DNA of 64,000 nucleotides from Podarcis bocagei. Its lineage: Eukaryota. Below are positions 1 to 64,000 of this stretch, in pieces (within the stretch, counting starts at the first letter, position 1; every line of letters starts with the position of its first letter). A program made the translations under genes and the position numbers. The DNA is taken from NCBI GenBank assembly GCA_964188305.1, contig OZ076885.1. One strand, given 5' to 3'. The notes under the pieces are model-generated. The model was given only the letters and a program-made list of their open reading frames with translations. It did not search any database and was not told where the DNA came from.

Positions 1-447
1 ATCCGGTGCTGAGGAAAGAACCAACAGCGGGCGAGGAAATGGGCTTTATCCCCTCGCGCCGCTCCTCCCAGAGTCTTCTCAAAAAACCACACTGCAAGGA
101 GCATCACGTCATCCTTTCTGCTCCCTGCGCCTGCGCAGCATTGCGGTCCTCGCTTCTATTCATCCTTCTCTCCCGCCTCCCCCCCTGGAAACATCTGGGA
201 AGAGAGGAGCTGAGGGGGGAGAGCGCCCTGTTATGTGTGTTCCCTCGCCCGAGTGTCAGGCCTTGCTACCCACAATGCCATGCGGCCCTGGCCGCTCCGT
301 CATGGAGGCAGCAGCGGGGGCCCCTGAAGTAGCCGCGTCTGCCGCAGCTGGGCGGCCAGGAGCCTCGGCGGTAGCGCCCCGAAACGCTCCCTCTCGCTGC
401 TGCTGGGCGGCTTGAGCCGTCCCGCCTCGCTGGGGGCCCCGTCCAGC

Positions 448-61685
<61,238 letters not shown>

Positions 61686-62727
61686 TCCATCTCTTGCTAC
61701 AAGCACTGTAAAAAAGCAACAAGGAACAAACCATTATTAGTATGCAGAAATTCAATTGGCTAATACATTGCATCAAAACATTTACATCACTTGCTACAAC
61801 TCTCCTGGAAAGAAGTTCAAAACAGAGAGTGGAAATGTGGATGAAAGCCCTACACCCAACGTGTAATAGGGAAAATATAACCTATAAATCACTTTTAGAA
61901 TTTATTTGCTGATTTGCTTTTACACACTTTCATGTGAAAGGGTTAAGATAATGAGTATTGTGCAGCTTATTTTAAAGCTGTAATATTTCTTTGCCATTGA
62001 AAATGGCACAGTGAGAAGCTATTGGCATTCTCTCAACTTGCCTTCAGACTGTATGTTGAAAAGTATAGTTCACACATTCCATTTCTGCTAAGTGTCATTC
62101 AGCAATTGAAAATCTAATAGTTTATTATAAACATTTTCATCATTGGCTTTTACGTGTTGGGTCACTGTTCTGCAAGAAAAACTAAAAGTTTAAATATTGT
62201 TTTTAATAGCCTTGAAGCACTGAATTCATTAGCAAATCCTTTTTTTCTTTAATTTTTGTTGTCAGTATTATTTTTGGCAGAGTTTTGAAGGGTGACTCAT
62301 GCAGATGTGCAGAGATCAGTGATATTTTTCATATGGGTACGAAATTGCACAGAGAAAATTATAAATGTGTTTTTAACTGGCATTTATTTATTTAACTTTT
62401 CATCATGTTGTAATGTCTTTGTCTAAGAAAAGAATACTATATACAGTACTTAACAGGCTATGTTACATGTCTGTTGTGTTTTCAATTTAGAACCTAATTA
62501 GAGTACAGCCCACCTAAATACAAGGCCAGAATAAGAGTGTCTGTTAGCAAAATATGTCTTGGCATGAACCTGCCTTTCAATTTATTAGTCATTACTAACA
62601 AGTCCATTGATTTCAGTGGGTCTGCTCTGAGTATGAAATAGTTGGATACCACCATAAGTGATTATCCTAAGCCATGTGTACTCTATGTAATGGCTAACAG
62701 TCTAATCAAATACTAGATGTAACACTG

Positions 62728-63108
62728 ACCTGGTTTGCATTTAACACTAAGCCAAACCATGACTTAGTGCAAAAGAGCAAACATTCAGGTTCCTGAAGTG
62801 AAGATTGCGCTGCAGCAATCCTCCCTCAGTGTTTGCAGCTAAAAGGGTTCAGCCACAAATTGGCTTTGTGTTACATCCAAACCCAAACTCATGGCTTGCC
62901 TTGTCCTTGATTTACCTCTTGAGGTTTGTCTGCAGCAGATAAACTATGGTTCAGGCATAACATTAAGTCAAACCATGGTCAAAGGCATAGGTTAAGCAGC
63001 AGCAAGATTTGAGGAGTGCTGTGGCCATAATATATATGCTCCAGAAAGCAAATGTTTGTTTGTTTGCACTAAGCCTTGTTTTGGCTTGGCATTATGTGCA
63101 AACTGGGC
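62728..63108. mobile_element. Old foldback / MITE-like element downstream of the gene
   Basis: TTTGCATTTAACACTAAGCCAAAC...CTTAGTGCAAAAGAGCAAACATT is inversely matched by AATGTTTGTTTGTTTGCACTAAG...TTTTGGCTTGGCATTATGTGCAAA. Confidence 0.55.
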
Positions 63109-64000
63109 CAGTCTATAAATGTGTAAGGATCAGATACAGCAGCAGTTGTTTCACAGTTTTGTCATCTTGCAATACTAGCACTACCTTACAACAGCTTCAC
63201 AAGCACATGTGCTGGTGCAAATACTTCAGGTTGGCCGTAAGTGAGAGCAGTATTACTGTGACCAATTTATGCTGCTACTTGATATAATGCTATGTTAAGG
63301 TTTCAAATCTTTCCCTTGGTAACCCAGTTCACAGGCAGAACATATGGAACATTTTTATTTGAAATGCCGAGCATTCGTGTGCTAATTTTTGTATATGTTA
63401 AAGGCTGGAGGTTTTGGATGCTTGTGAACACGGTGTAAAAATATTAGAATACCCTCATAATGTTCATAATTTGTGGACTTTTTAAATAGTAAAATTCCAA
63501 TTTGAAAAATCTAGTGAATGCCTAGAAGCAACTGTTCTTGTTAGAATTCTCAGCAAAAATCCCTAGGAGATGCATATTGAGCTAAGGAAACACTAAGATA
63601 TACTATACAAGCATTAGGTCTCTGCATTAAGATTCGAGATTCTACAGGCCTTTGCTGTATACATGTCTGCAGTTAGCCTCTTTAACTTCTGATAAAGACG
63701 TTTTCAACTGTCAGTCTCCAACAAGTAGCATTATTCTTTATTTCCTACATCTTGTGGTCATTTTTATTCCAGTAACTTAAAAATATAGCACATGTATTAA
63801 ATTTTACTATTTTTACTTTTCTGGTGTTTTATTTCGTTATTACTTTGAAAAGTTGCTATTATTGCTTCTGTACTCTTGTTTCTAATTTGAATTGGTTGAA
63901 CTTGAGAAAATCATACTGGAGACTGAAAAGGATGCAGCCCACATTATCACAACATACACGATGGATAAACATACTCATGCTGGGCTTGAGGTGCATGGCT

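Overview
Eukaryotic genomic DNA from a squamate reptile, judged by Sauria SINEs, BovB, CR1 with an (ATTCTATG)n tail, and L2. The window holds one complete + strand gene, DENND5A (RAB6IP1; DENN, RUN1, PLAT and RUN2 domains). It has 23 phase-consistent GT-AG coding exons from ATG 448 to TGA 61685 (3882 nt, 1293 aa), a CpG-island promoter at the window start and one assembly gap (30552-30706). The introns contain Sauria SINEs, BovB/CR1/L2 fragments, Tc1-mariner/pogo and hAT MITEs, and Penelope-like termini. Main findings: (1) the Penelope-like termini in intron 1 carry minimal type I hammerhead ribozyme motifs, with an intact sense-strand copy at 13874-13913 and a second at 3558-3596 that could act as a dimer partner; (2) a candidate in-frame 108-nt cassette exon at 33874-33981 with NAGNAG acceptor and upstream TGCATG motifs; (3) MITEs incubating GC-rich hairpin satellites; (4) a duplicated hairpin-masked decoy acceptor flanking symmetric exon 2; (5) a strong-context uORF. 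Family names come from sequence recognition only; no database search was run.
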